DNA of 64,000 nt from Minisyncoccota bacterium (GCA_041917695.1 JAYRXE010000037.1:609013-673012), one strand, 5' to 3'. Positions 9,658 to 19,105 are shown, counted from the stretch's first letter. Program-made: numbers and translations. Notes: generated by a model not told the origin, from the letters alone.

Positions 9658-11537
9658 TATGGATTTACTTTTTCATCCCCCTTCTTATAGGTGGGGTCAT
9701 TCGGTATCTCTGCGGTAATCTTTTCATAAGATTTCTGAATTGCAACCCCGGTGAAGCTGTCGGTGGCGGTAAGCGTCGTTTTTTGGGTAAGCGGCAATAT
9801 CTTCCCGAGCTGGGTTTCGTTCGGAAGCGCTTCAACCTGGAAGACGGCTTCGAAGGCGTTCGAGGAGACGCCCACACCCGGCTCAACCGAAGGAATCTTC
9901 CACTCGACGGCGTTCGTGCGGTCGTTTACCGCCGGCACCGGGGCGCCGCCCGAGGATTTTACAACGCCGGTGAATTTGACCCCCGGTTCCAGCGCGCTTT
10001 TCACCACCACGTCTTTAAGCGTGGTCGCGTAATTTATGATCTTCCAATGGACGGTATATTGTGTCGGCTTGCCGACCTTGAGCGGCATGGAACCCGTGTT
10101 CACGATTCCCCCGGGGTCCTTCCGCCATGCGCTTGCCTCGATTTTCGCATCGCCGGCGATTTTTGTTTCGAACGACGTCCGGATGTAGGTGTTTTCCGCA
10201 CCGCTCCCCTGCGGTTTCGTGGGAGAGGTCGCTTCCACGGTGCCCGTTACGGTAAAATTGCGGTTCACCGCGCTTGGTGCGGGAAACGAGGGAAGTGTCG
10301 TCAAACGGAAAGGGATTTCGACGACCGCTTTCGGCGCCATGATTTTCAATCCCTTCACCTGGGCGGCCGCCCATGAAATCGTGCGCGCCGTCGAATCGAA
10401 ACTTCCCCCGCGCGGTTCCACTTTTGAAAAATCAACGACGCTGCTGTCGAGCTTTACCGCGACGACGACATCCTGCAAATCGATTCCCGAATTATTCTTC
10501 ACCGTAAGCACGTACGGAAGCAGGCTTCCCAATCTGCCGACATATCCGGGCGCGCCGGCGCCCCCGAAATCAACGAGGATCGGCTGGGGCTCCGCGGAAA
10601 GCAAAACAGATTCCTCAAGCACCTCGAAACGGGAGCCGTTCAAGTCCACTGAAAAAACCGCCGGAATCCGCACCGAGAGAGCCGTACTCGACGAGGCGGC
10701 GCCCCGGAAGGAAATCGTACCCTTTTCCCCCGGCGCGAGATCTTCCACATCCCACCGGGTTCCCGAGCCTCCGGCGGAACTCGATACAACCACAAATCCC
10801 GCCGGCGGACGGATTTCGAATGCGGCGGCGGGGAACGTATTCCCCGAAACGTTTTCATACGCGAGGTGTATGTCGAAAAGCGCGTTTTCGGACGGAAGCT
10901 GTTCCTTCTCGACGGATATCTTGAGCCCCGCGGCTTTTATCCCCACCTCTTTTGACGCTTCTATCTTCGCGCCGCCATAGGAGAACACGGCGTCAAAACG
11001 CTCGGTCGAACCCACGTCGCCGACGGCAAAAAGCGTGAATTTCTTCGTATACGTCGCGCCGGGCTCGATAGAGGGAACCGTTTCGGTGAACGCCTCTTCG
11101 CCGTCCGGAGCGAGAAGGCCTGAAGAAAGCGCAACCGCGAGCTCCCCCGAAATGGGACGCGTTTCGTCATTCACGATATCGATGCGCGCCTCAAAAGGGG
11201 TTCCGCGAAAACTTTGGAGTGGAGCATACAGATCGACACTCGCGGCGGTCCCCGTCGCGTTGCCCGCCAAAAAGCGGTTGTACCCCCACCAGGCGGCGCC
11301 GACCGCCACCCCCGCCACGATGGCGATAACGAGAAACGTGAGGATCTTCGACGTCCCTCTCGCAACTTTCCCCGACGACGCCCATGGCGAGGGCTCGCTC
11401 GGGAGGTTTTCGTACGACGGCGTCGGCTCAAGCGGCCGCTCGGAAGCCTCCAAAGGAGGCGCGGAAGGATTTTCTTTCTTCGGCGCCTGCGGCAAGGCTT
11501 CGCTATAGAACTTCCGTTCGATATCTTCGAGGGACAT
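9657..11537 (-). CDS. Large cell-surface protein with a proline-rich N-terminus, a single TM anchor and repeated beta-sandwich (DUF11/CARDB-like) domains
   Basis: The N-terminus reads PQAPKKENPSAPPLEASERPLEPTPSYENLPSEPSP, followed by a TM helix (ILTFLVIAIVAGVAVGAAWW). About 500 aa of repeated beta-rich modules follow. The gene overlaps the glyQS start by 1 nt. Confidence 0.55.
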   Translation of the reverse strand: MSLEDIERKFYSEALPQAPKKENPSAPPLEASERPLEPTPSYENLPSEPSPWASSGKVARGTSKILTFLVIAIVAGVAVGAAWWGYNRFLAGNATGTAASVDLYAPLQSFRGTPFEARIDIVNDETRPISGELAVALSSGLLAPDGEEAFTETVPSIEPGATYTKKFTLFAVGDVGSTERFDAVFSYGGAKIEASKEVGIKAAGLKISVEKEQLPSENALFDIHLAYENVSGNTFPAAAFEIRPPAGFVVVSSSAGGSGTRWDVEDLAPGEKGTISFRGAASSSTALSVRIPAVFSVDLNGSRFEVLEESVLLSAEPQPILVDFGGAGAPGYVGRLGSLLPYVLTVKNNSGIDLQDVVVAVKLDSSVVDFSKVEPRGGSFDSTARTISWAAAQVKGLKIMAPKAVVEIPFRLTTLPSFPAPSAVNRNFTVTGTVEATSPTKPQGSGAENTYIRTSFETKIAGDAKIEASAWRKDPGGIVNTGSMPLKVGKPTQYTVHWKIINYATTLKDVVVKSALEPGVKFTGVVKSSGGAPVPAVNDRTNAVEWKIPSVEPGVGVSSNAFEAVFQVEALPNETQLGKILPLTQKTTLTATDSFTGVAIQKSYEKITAEIPNDPTYKKGDEKVNP

Positions 11538-11541
11538 GGCG

Positions 11542-12078
11542 CTAGTCTATATATAATAGACGGGTTTCGGGTATTTTTGAACTGCACGAAACGCACCGGA
11601 ACGAATGGTCGTCCATGAGAAACGCCGTCACGGGTGTTTTTTTACACGACGCACAGACGGCGTGCCGGGCATCGTACCCCGTGAGTGCGAGAAACTCGCG
11701 CGCATCCCCGCGCCCCGCGCCGAATGACTCGCGGAGAAATTCCCACACGCCTCCGTCCGGCGCCTCTTCGGGAAAAAACTCGCGCATGAACGACGCGATT
11801 TTCATCGCGGATACGAGCGCTTTCCGCGACGCCCGCAGAGCGGGATAGCGCGAACGGGAAACCGCATCGGCGATGATAAGGCCGTGCTCGCCGACGAGCC
11901 GTACGCTCACTTCGGAGAAAGGGTCCAAATGCGCGGAGAATTTTGAATATCCCTTGCGGGAGGAAACGGCCTTTGCCTGCACCAGCCCCATATCGCGGGT
12001 ATAGAGCGTGAAAAGCTCGTCGTGTTCCCGCTGGGGGACGCGGTCGAGGACGATGGCATCCGTCACGAACTCCCGCAT
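11542..12078 (-). CDS. recO: DNA repair protein RecO
   Basis: N-terminal OB-fold region (AIVLDRVPQREHDELFTLYTRDMG) and a C-terminal C4 zinc finger (CASC...CVSC). Confidence 0.7.
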   Translation of the reverse strand: MREFVTDAIVLDRVPQREHDELFTLYTRDMGLVQAKAVSSRKGYSKFSAHLDPFSEVSVRLVGEHGLIIADAVSRSRYPALRASRKALVSAMKIASFMREFFPEEAPDGGVWEFLRESFGAGRGDAREFLALTGYDARHAVCASCKKTPVTAFLMDDHSFRCVSCSSKIPETRLLYID

Positions 12079-12081
12079 GCG

Positions 12082-13566
12082 TCAGCTTCGCGCCCCTTTG
12101 GGCGTCTTCCAGAAACCAAGGCGGTATTTCCCGCCGAACATGAGTCTGAGCTGGGCCTCAAACGCCGGCACCGAACCGAAGACCACGAAGGTGACGGGCA
12201 TGAAAAACCACTGCAGGAAATAGAAAACGTACTCCTTCAGGCGCGGGCGCGCCTCGGCTTCCTTCGGGGGCAAGAAATGCATGCTCAAAAACGCCGAGGT
12301 GATGATGCCAATGGAGCTCAGGTTGATGAGCCAGCCGGTCACGAGCGGCAAGTTGTACGAATAGACCGTCTGCTTGAACGCCTCGTCGCCGAGCCAATTC
12401 GGCATGACGCCGAACAAGAAGATGATGAAAGAGCTGGTCGACCATGAAAAGAAACCGTCAAAGATCTTTAAGGTCCAAAAACGCTTCACGCGGAACGGAA
12501 TGTCCTTCCGGCGGATGAATTCTGAGACGACGTACGGGAAATTCTCCACGCCCCACGCCCACCGGCGCTGCTGTTTATACAAGTTCTTCATCGCGCCGAA
12601 AAAGCTGTCGCCTTCGACCGCGTCCATGTAAACGGGGTAGAGGAGCGGAACGGTCTGCCACTCGCCCTTGTAATGGATGAGCGCCTGGAAAAAGATGCGC
12701 GAATCCTCGGAAACGATGTCGGTGTGCCAATAGCCGAGATCGACGAGCGCGCGGAAGGATATCGAATGCGAAGAAAAAGTGACGAGCTGCTCGCGGCGGG
12801 ATTGCTGCATGAGCTGCCAGAAGGTCGCCGAAAAACCGATGAGGCGCGGGAAAATGGAGGCGTGGTAAAAATTATTCGTGAAAAGCGGGACCGGCTGATA
12901 GCTTGCGCGCAGGCGGTCCGGCGTGGAAAGGAATTTGTACGCGAGAATCGCGAAATAATCCCTGCCGGGACGCGTGTCGATGTCGAATACGGAAACAATG
13001 ATGCGGTCGTACGGAATGAGTTCCGCGTCGATCACCTCCTGTTTGGCGGCTTTGACCGCCCACGTCTCATTCGCGCCTTTTCCGGCAAGCTCGCCCGGAA
13101 TGCCGTCCGGATGGGTTGAAACGAAAAAGCGGTGGAAACGCGGGCCGAATTCCGCGGTAATGCGCCCGGCTATCTCGCGGTCGCCTTCCCCGCCGCGCTC
13201 TTCAAGCGCGAGGACGACAATCATCCGCTTCAAGTCGTAATTCGCCGCCGCGAGGCTTTCGAAACTCTTGTGAACGACCTCGAAGGACTCCTTATACATG
13301 GGGAGGACGACCAAATGGTACAGGTTCCCCCACTCGCGGTGGTCGGCGGTGAGCTCCTGAAACCAGTCCTTCGCGAGATTTTTCTTGAGAATGGAAAACG
13401 ACGTGCGCAGGTGAAAAAAGAGGTAGAGCACCTTCAAGAACCAATAGAGGTCGTAGAGGACAATGAAGATGACCACCCACACCGGCGCCTTCCAGGAGAA
13501 AAAAACGAGCGCCCCCAGCGCTAAAAAGGACGCCGTCCCGGGAACTATTTCCAAAAACCGTTTCAT
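12082..13566 (-). CDS. Family-2 processive beta-glycosyltransferase (cellulose/chitin/hyaluronan-synthase-like), integral membrane
   Basis: D, D, D, Q(Q/R)xRW signature: DIDT and KQQRRWAWG. N- and C-terminal TM bundles flank the cytoplasmic GT-A domain. Confidence 0.75.
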   Translation of the reverse strand: MKRFLEIVPGTASFLALGALVFFSWKAPVWVVIFIVLYDLYWFLKVLYLFFHLRTSFSILKKNLAKDWFQELTADHREWGNLYHLVVLPMYKESFEVVHKSFESLAAANYDLKRMIVVLALEERGGEGDREIAGRITAEFGPRFHRFFVSTHPDGIPGELAGKGANETWAVKAAKQEVIDAELIPYDRIIVSVFDIDTRPGRDYFAILAYKFLSTPDRLRASYQPVPLFTNNFYHASIFPRLIGFSATFWQLMQQSRREQLVTFSSHSISFRALVDLGYWHTDIVSEDSRIFFQALIHYKGEWQTVPLLYPVYMDAVEGDSFFGAMKNLYKQQRRWAWGVENFPYVVSEFIRRKDIPFRVKRFWTLKIFDGFFSWSTSSFIIFLFGVMPNWLGDEAFKQTVYSYNLPLVTGWLINLSSIGIITSAFLSMHFLPPKEAEARPRLKEYVFYFLQWFFMPVTFVVFGSVPAFEAQLRLMFGGKYRLGFWKTPKGARS

Positions 13567-13570
13567 CTTT

Positions 13571-13948
13571 CTAATAAAGAATAATCCCCCAGAAGTCGTC
13601 GAGCGTCCACATGCCGCCCCCCGTCGAGATAATCACCAGCATGAGCGCGATAAACACCCAGAACAACCGGCGGTCGTCACCCAAAAAGAAGCGGTCCTTC
13701 CTGACGCGCATGACGACCAAATGGACGAGGAAAAGTATCGCGGCGAGCTGGGTGAAAAGTCCGAGTACGAGAAAAAGGCCACTTGTCGTTTTCACGACTG
13801 CGGCGACGCGGGCATACGCGCCCGTCGGTGCCCCGGGCGTGCGGAGGTTTTTCGCCAGGCGGACGCCGTTTTCAAAAACCAGTAATCCGACAACCCCGCG
13901 CAAGAGGAAAAGGGCGAAGGGGGCGAGCACGAAGAACGGTTGGACCAT
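13571..13948 (-). CDS. Small polytopic membrane protein (DoxX-like)
   Basis: 125 aa with 3-4 TM helices. It sits 5 nt upstream of the GT2 gene. Confidence 0.4.
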   Translation of the reverse strand: MVQPFFVLAPFALFLLRGVVGLLVFENGVRLAKNLRTPGAPTGAYARVAAVVKTTSGLFLVLGLFTQLAAILFLVHLVVMRVRKDRFFLGDDRRLFWVFIALMLVIISTGGGMWTLDDFWGIILY

Positions 13949-13969
13949 ATTATTGGATTATACGCCGGG

Positions 13970-13997
13970 TTGAGGAAAAGAAAAACGAACCTATAAT
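13970..13997 (+). promoter_or_regulatory. Putative sigma70 promoter for tsaD: -35 TTGAGG, 16-nt spacer, -10 TATAAT at 13992-13997, only 9 nt before the ATG
   Basis: A consensus -10 hexamer lies immediately upstream of the start codon at 14007. This implies a very short or absent leader. Confidence 0.5.
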
Positions 13998-14006
13998 CAG
14001 GATGTT

Positions 14007-15014
14007 ATGAAAATACTCGCCATCGAAACCTCCTGCGACGAAACCGCGCTTGCCCTTCTTCAGGCGTCAGGCGGTCTTACAAACCCTACATTCGCGCCGA
14101 TTAAAAATATCGTCGCTTCGCAAACCGAGATTCATAAGGCATTCGGGGGCGTCGTTCCCAATCTCGCGAAGCGCGAACATATCCGGACCCTCCCCCTCTT
14201 GTACAAAGAGATCGAGAAAGAACTCCCCGACATGGTCGCCGTCACCGTCGGCCCCGGCCTTGAACCCGCTCTCTGGGCCGGCATCACGTTTGCGGAAACC
14301 GTGCATGCCGAGCTCGTCAAAAAGAAGCGAAGCGTGAAGCTCGTGGGCGCAAACCACTTGGAAGGGCATCTCTGGAGCTTTCTTCTCGACAAGAAAATAA
14401 GCCTCGCAAAAACATTTCCCGCCGTCGCGCTTATCGTTTCCGGCGGACACACCATCCTCCTTTCGATGACATCGCTGACGTCGTGGAAACTGCTCGGAGA
14501 AACGAAAGACGACGCGGTGGGAGAAGCGTTCGACAAAGTGGCGCGCATGTTGAAATTCCCCTACCCGGGCGGGCCCGAAATCCAGAAAGCGGCTGCCGGC
14601 GGAAATCCCTCAATACCTTTCCCCCGCCCGATGCTCGGCACGCGCGATTATTATTTCAGCTTCTCAGGGCTGAAGACATCCGTCTTGTATTATTTGCGGG
14701 ACCATCCGCGCGCCAAAAAAGCCGATGTTGCGGCGTCGTTCCAAACCGCCGCTCTCGACGTACTCGTGAAAAAGACTCTGCGCGCGGCGGAGGAAACGAA
14801 AGCCAAAACAGTCATTCTTTCCGGCGGAGTCGCCGCAAACAAGGCGCTTCGCGAACGGTTAAAGACTGAAACGGACGCGCGGGGCATGCGCTTTCTCGCT
14901 CCGCCGATGGACTTCAACACCGACAACGCCATGATGATAGCGGCCGCCGCGTATCTTCGGCATCTCCGGAAAAAGCCGCTTCCGCTCATGGCAGACGGCA
15001 ATCTGAGCATCTAA
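14007..15014 (+). CDS. tsaD: tRNA N6-adenosine threonylcarbamoyltransferase
   Basis: ILAIETSCDET N-terminus and HxxGH metal site (HLEGH). Kae1/TsaD family. Confidence 0.9.
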   Translation: MKILAIETSCDETALALLQASGGLTNPTFAPIKNIVASQTEIHKAFGGVVPNLAKREHIRTLPLLYKEIEKELPDMVAVTVGPGLEPALWAGITFAETVHAELVKKKRSVKLVGANHLEGHLWSFLLDKKISLAKTFPAVALIVSGGHTILLSMTSLTSWKLLGETKDDAVGEAFDKVARMLKFPYPGGPEIQKAAAGGNPSIPFPRPMLGTRDYYFSFSGLKTSVLYYLRDHPRAKKADVAASFQTAALDVLVKKTLRAAEETKAKTVILSGGVAANKALRERLKTETDARGMRFLAPPMDFNTDNAMMIAAAAYLRHLRKKPLPLMADGNLSI

Positions 15015-15035
15015 AAGGCTGCGTTTTGAGGGTTA

Positions 15036-15064
15036 TTGACTTTTTTAAATAGTGGTGGTATAAT
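15036..15064 (+). promoter_or_regulatory. Consensus sigma70 promoter: -35 TTGACT, 17-nt spacer, -10 TATAAT
   Basis: Exact spacing and hexamers. It lies about 185 nt upstream of the small ORF at 15248. Confidence 0.65.
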
Positions 15065-15247
15065 AAAAACAGAAGATTAATAAACCCGCCCCATACCTCT
15101 TCCAACACCAACAGATTTTTTGGAGGAGCGTATCTCAATTTCCCCACCGCCCCTCATCACTGAGGGGCTCCTGCCTCTTAAGGGGCTCGGCGCGCGCAGG
15201 GAAAAGGGGTATAACAAACAAAGCAACTTATTAAAAGAAAGGGATAT

Positions 15248-15481
15248 ATGCCAACATCAATGCTTTTCAGGAAGATAGCCTTACGATGCCTCACGGTCGT
15301 CGCGTGGGTCTTTCTTTTTCTGAGGGAGAGTTCCTCATCAAAGGAACATTTTACCCAAAACATTGCACCGTTTCTGCGGGACCAGCTGTACCTTGGCAGT
15401 ATTCTTTTTTGGGCAATTGCGATGCTTATCCTCTGCGTGAGCATCTACACCCTCCGCGAAAAACACCCTTATCATCCGTGA
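15248..15481 (+). CDS. Small membrane protein (77 aa, two TM helices), hypothetical
   Basis: A GGGA ribosome-binding site lies 6 nt upstream. A strong rho-independent terminator (15487-15512) is directly downstream, and a consensus promoter is upstream. Confidence 0.35.
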   Translation: MPTSMLFRKIALRCLTVVAWVFLFLRESSSSKEHFTQNIAPFLRDQLYLGSILFWAIAMLILCVSIYTLREKHPYHP

Positions 15482-15486
15482 TTTTT

Positions 15487-15512
15487 ATCCGCCGTCCCCG
15501 GCGGATTTTTTA
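15487..15512 (+). terminator. Rho-independent terminator (ATCCGCCG-tccc-CGGCGGAT followed by a T6 tract)
   Basis: 8-bp GC-rich stem, 4-nt loop, U-tract. Confidence 0.7.
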
Positions 15513-15566
15513 TGCGCCAAAAACTTTATTAGTGGCGCGGTTTATGGAAGAATTTGAGTATCACCC

Positions 15567-17690
15567 ATGAAGCTTCCCGACGGCCCGTACAATCCGAAAG
15601 AGACCGAATCCCGCATTTATTCCGCCTGGGAACAGTCGGGCTATTTCAATCCGGACAATCTCCCCGGCGAGCGCCCCGAGACCTACGTGGTTTACATGCC
15701 GCTTCCGAACGTTACCGGCTCCCTCCACATGGGACATGCCTTGAATAATACGCTCCAGGACATCGTCATCCGTTTCCACCGCATGCGCGGAAAGCGGACG
15801 CTCTGGCTCCCCGGCACGGACCACGCGGGCATTTCCACCCAATACGTCGTCGACAAGGCGCTCCGCAAGGAAGGCGTGTCGCGCTTCGAACTGGGCCGGG
15901 AGAAGTTCATCGAGCGCGTTTGGAAATGGAAGGAGGAATACGGGGAGATCATCTACGGACAGCTGCGTAACCTCGGCGTTTCGGCGGACTGGTCGCGCAA
16001 GCGCTTCACGATGGATCCCGCGTATGCCGAGGACGTAATGAAAGCATTCGCCCATTACCACGAAAAAGGCCTCCTCTACCGCGGACTCCGCACGGTAAAC
16101 TGGTGCCCGCGGTGCGGCACCACGCTGTCTGACCTTGAGCTGGAATACGCGGACGAGAAGACGCGTCTGTGGCATTTCATCTACCCGCTCGCGGACGGAA
16201 GCGGAGAGGTTCGCGTCGCGACGACCCGGCCCGAGACGATGCTCGGCGATACGGCGATCGCGGTAAACCCGACCGACCCCCGCTGGAAAGCGCTTATCGG
16301 AAAAACCGTACGACTTCCCATCCAGGAACGCGAGATTCCCATTGTCGGCGACCCGTCAATCGAGACCGAATTCGGCACGGGCGCAGTGAAGGTGACGCCC
16401 GCGCACGACCTTACGGACTTCGAGCTGTCGAAACGCCACAACCTTCCGCTTCTCCAGGTCATCGACGAGCGCGGAAAAATGACGGCGGCTGCCGGCGCCG
16501 AATTCGAAGGATTGAAAACCTCGGAGGCGCGGGAGAAAGTCGTTCAAAAAATGAAAGACTTGGGTTTGTTTGAAAAAGAAGAATCCTACGAACACCGCGT
16601 CACTACCTGCGGGCGTTGCGGGCACGCCATCGAACCCATCCCCTCGATGCAGTGGTTTTTGAAAATGAAAGACTTGGCGGAGAAAGCCCTTGCCGCGGTT
16701 ACGGAGAAAAAAGTTTCCATCCGTCCCGAAAATTTCGAGCGCACCTATATGACCTGGCTCGAAAACGTCCGCGATTGGACCATTTCGCGGCAAATCTGGT
16801 GGGGCCATCGCCTTCCCGTGTGGTTTTGCGAACGGGAGCCCGAAAAATATGCGGTGGCTTCCGAGAAGCCGGCTTCGTGCCCCGTCTGCGGAACCTGCGG
16901 GATGAAGCAATCGGAAGACGTCCTCGACACGTGGTTTTCTTCCGCCCTCTGGCCCTTTGCCGGCTTACGCAAGGAAGACCGCACGCGGTATTATCCGGGA
17001 GACACGCTTATCACGGCGCGCGACATCGTGAATCTCTGGGTCGCCCGCATGGTCTTTTCGGGACTCGAATTCATGGGCGCCGCGCCGTTTTCAAACGTGC
17101 TCATCAACGGCACGATTCTGAACAAAGAAGGCCGGCGCATGTCGAAGTCCCTGGGCACCGGCGTCGACCCGCTGAAATACATCGCGGATTTCGGCGCGGA
17201 CGCGACGCGCTTCGCCGTCGTCTGGCAAGCCACCGGTCAGGACATCAAATGGGATGAAAGCGCCGTCGCCGCCGGAAAGAAATTCATGAACAAATTGTGG
17301 AATGCCGCGAAGTTCGTCCTCGCAAACAGCGAGGGGGTTCCCGCCGGAGAACCCCGCGCGGAAACCGATGCAGACGCCGCAATCCTTTCCGCGCTGGAAA
17401 CCGCGAGAAAGAAAGTGGAATCAGCCATTCTCGATTTCGATATGAGCGAGGGACTGAAGACGCTCTATGATTTCTTTTGGCACGACTTCTGCGACGTCTA
17501 CATCGAAAAATCAAAACCGCAACTTGCCGCGGACGGCACGCGCGAAACTACCGCACGGATACTCCTTCACGTGCTCGCCGAATCCCTCGCGCTTCTTCAC
17601 CCTTATCTTCCCTTCATCACTGAGGAAATCTATGGAGCGCTGCCGGAACGGAACGCCGAGCTCCTGATGGTCGCGGACATACGCGCATGA
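15567..17690 (+). CDS. valS: Valyl-tRNA synthetase (short form lacking the C-terminal coiled-coil)
   Basis: PNVTGSLHMGHA (HIGH region) and RMSKSLGTG (KMSKS). An extended -10-like TGgAAGAAT lies at 15545-15553. Confidence 0.9.
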   Translation: MKLPDGPYNPKETESRIYSAWEQSGYFNPDNLPGERPETYVVYMPLPNVTGSLHMGHALNNTLQDIVIRFHRMRGKRTLWLPGTDHAGISTQYVVDKALRKEGVSRFELGREKFIERVWKWKEEYGEIIYGQLRNLGVSADWSRKRFTMDPAYAEDVMKAFAHYHEKGLLYRGLRTVNWCPRCGTTLSDLELEYADEKTRLWHFIYPLADGSGEVRVATTRPETMLGDTAIAVNPTDPRWKALIGKTVRLPIQEREIPIVGDPSIETEFGTGAVKVTPAHDLTDFELSKRHNLPLLQVIDERGKMTAAAGAEFEGLKTSEAREKVVQKMKDLGLFEKEESYEHRVTTCGRCGHAIEPIPSMQWFLKMKDLAEKALAAVTEKKVSIRPENFERTYMTWLENVRDWTISRQIWWGHRLPVWFCEREPEKYAVASEKPASCPVCGTCGMKQSEDVLDTWFSSALWPFAGLRKEDRTRYYPGDTLITARDIVNLWVARMVFSGLEFMGAAPFSNVLINGTILNKEGRRMSKSLGTGVDPLKYIADFGADATRFAVVWQATGQDIKWDESAVAAGKKFMNKLWNAAKFVLANSEGVPAGEPRAETDADAAILSALETARKKVESAILDFDMSEGLKTLYDFFWHDFCDVYIEKSKPQLAADGTRETTARILLHVLAESLALLHPYLPFITEEIYGALPERNAELLMVADIRA

Positions 17691-18403
17691 TGGAAACGAT
17701 TCTCGTTCTCGCCATTATTCTCATCGCCGCGTGCCTGCCGTCGCTCGTATGGCTTCTCTTTTTCCTCCGCGAGGAATACCGCCCCGTGCCGGCCCGCTTT
17801 CTCATCTACACGTTTTCCGCCGGGGCGCTCTCAAGCCTTTTCGTGCTTGTATCGCAGTATTCGTGGAATACGCTTGTCATTCCCGAAAATGCGCACGTCA
17901 TCCTTTCATTTCTCGGCCTCGCGCTCATCGAAGAAACATTCAAATTCCTCGCCGCGTACCTTTCAGTCAGAAAAACGGTTGTTATACGGAACCACGAGGA
18001 CGTGATGATCCTTGCCGTCACCGCCGCCCTGGGCTTCGCGGCGGTTGAAAATATCTTTGCGCTTGCGGGCGCGACGGAGACATTCGATCTTCACTCCCTC
18101 TACGCGGTCGGATACGTGGTCGTCGTGCGCTTCATCGGGGCCGTCCTCCTCCACGCGCTTGCCGCCGGCATTATCGGCTACCACTGGTGCCGAGGGCATT
18201 TCCACGGAAAACTCGCCTCCCAGGCCGCGCGCGGCATTTTCTACGCCACCGCCGTCCATACCGCCTTCAACTACCTCATCGTGCGATTTCAGGATGAAAA
18301 CCTCCTCATTTATCCGGCGCTCTTCCTCTCGGTAATTCTCTTTTTCGTCCTTACCGATTTCGACGCGTTGAAAAAGGAAGAAGCGCTCGAAAAGCGCCTA
18401 TAA
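17687..18403 (+). CDS. PrsW-family intramembrane metalloprotease
   Basis: EExxK (LIEETFKF), FxxxE (FAAVENI) and H (HALAAG) motifs in successive TM helices. The gene overlaps the valS stop (ATGA). Confidence 0.7.
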   Translation: MMETILVLAIILIAACLPSLVWLLFFLREEYRPVPARFLIYTFSAGALSSLFVLVSQYSWNTLVIPENAHVILSFLGLALIEETFKFLAAYLSVRKTVVIRNHEDVMILAVTAALGFAAVENIFALAGATETFDLHSLYAVGYVVVVRFIGAVLLHALAAGIIGYHWCRGHFHGKLASQAARGIFYATAVHTAFNYLIVRFQDENLLIYPALFLSVILFFVLTDFDALKKEEALEKRL

Positions 18404-18428
18404 AAAACCCGCGCACGCGCGGGTTTTG
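18402..18428. terminator. Bidirectional rho-independent terminator (AAAAAACCCGCGC-acgc-GCGCGGGTTTT)
   Basis: GC-rich hairpin flanked by an A-tract and a T-tract. It lies between convergent genes. Confidence 0.7.
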
Positions 18429-18448
18429 GAATAAGCCTTCAGGGCTTT

Positions 18449-19105
18449 TTATATTTCCGTACTTCGTCTCCGCCAGATGAACCGTCCGGGGAAATACATG
18501 ACGAGCGGCTCCCGCACGGAACCCACAAAGTACGGCGTGAGAAATATTTCTCCCCGCTTTCCCGTTTTGTTCGTATGCGTGTAGACGCCGATATATTTCA
18601 CCGCGCCTCCCCTGCCCCGCACGGGAAAGACATTCAGCGCCTGCGGCATCAAAACGTTCCGATGCATGAAGTGCGTGAACATCACGCGAAACGGCACGTC
18701 GTATGAGAACATCCCATACCCGTCCTCGCGACTGCTTCCGCTTACCAGACGGTCCGCCCATCCCGCGTCAAAGAAAAGGCGCATTTCCCTTTCGGGAACG
18801 ATTGGCGAACATTCGCACAGCAGCGGATCCGGCGGGAGGATCGGGTCCAAATGCTTCTCAAACTGTTTCGGTTCCACGGAGATATGCAGCAGTTTTGAAA
18901 ACGAAAAGAGTGCATGAAGTTTCACGGGTTTGGACCGCGGGGGAAGCACGCACCCGGAAACAAGCGTAAAGCCTGAAGGAAACGAATGAAGGCTCTGCGC
19001 CATCTCTACCTCCGGTGAGTTGTTTAATTTTGCTCCCTTAGTTCTAGGCGACGCGGAGGGGCCTGTCAACGAGTGTGCTATAATGTGCCTATAAACGTAT
19101 TCCAC
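18449..19105 (-). CDS. Hypothetical protein; start uncertain (GTG at 19105 would overlap the hsp20 promoter, and an internal Met about 34 codons in is the more likely start)
   Basis: ORF of 218 aa with no recognisable motifs (one HxS, not a convincing 2H phosphoesterase). Confidence 0.35.
   Translation of the reverse strand: MEYVYRHIIAHSLTGPSASPRTKGAKLNNSPEVEMAQSLHSFPSGFTLVSGCVLPPRSKPVKLHALFSFSKLLHISVEPKQFEKHLDPILPPDPLLCECSPIVPEREMRLFFDAGWADRLVSGSSREDGYGMFSYDVPFRVMFTHFMHRNVLMPQALNVFPVRGRGGAVKYIGVYTHTNKTGKRGEIFLTPYFVGSVREPLVMYFPGRFIWRRRSTEI
19054..19084 (+). promoter_or_regulatory. Putative promoter of the hsp20 gene with an extended -10 (TGcTATAAT at 19076-19084)
   Basis: TG-n-TATAAT lies 23 nt upstream of the ATG at 19108. 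-35-like TGTCAA. Confidence 0.5.

Noticed and set aside
18449-19105. A possible frameshift in the 18449-19105 ORF, noticed when hand-translating around 19000-19021
   Set aside because: Most likely my own counting error. The supplied ORF track is internally consistent from both ends, so no pseudogene call is made.
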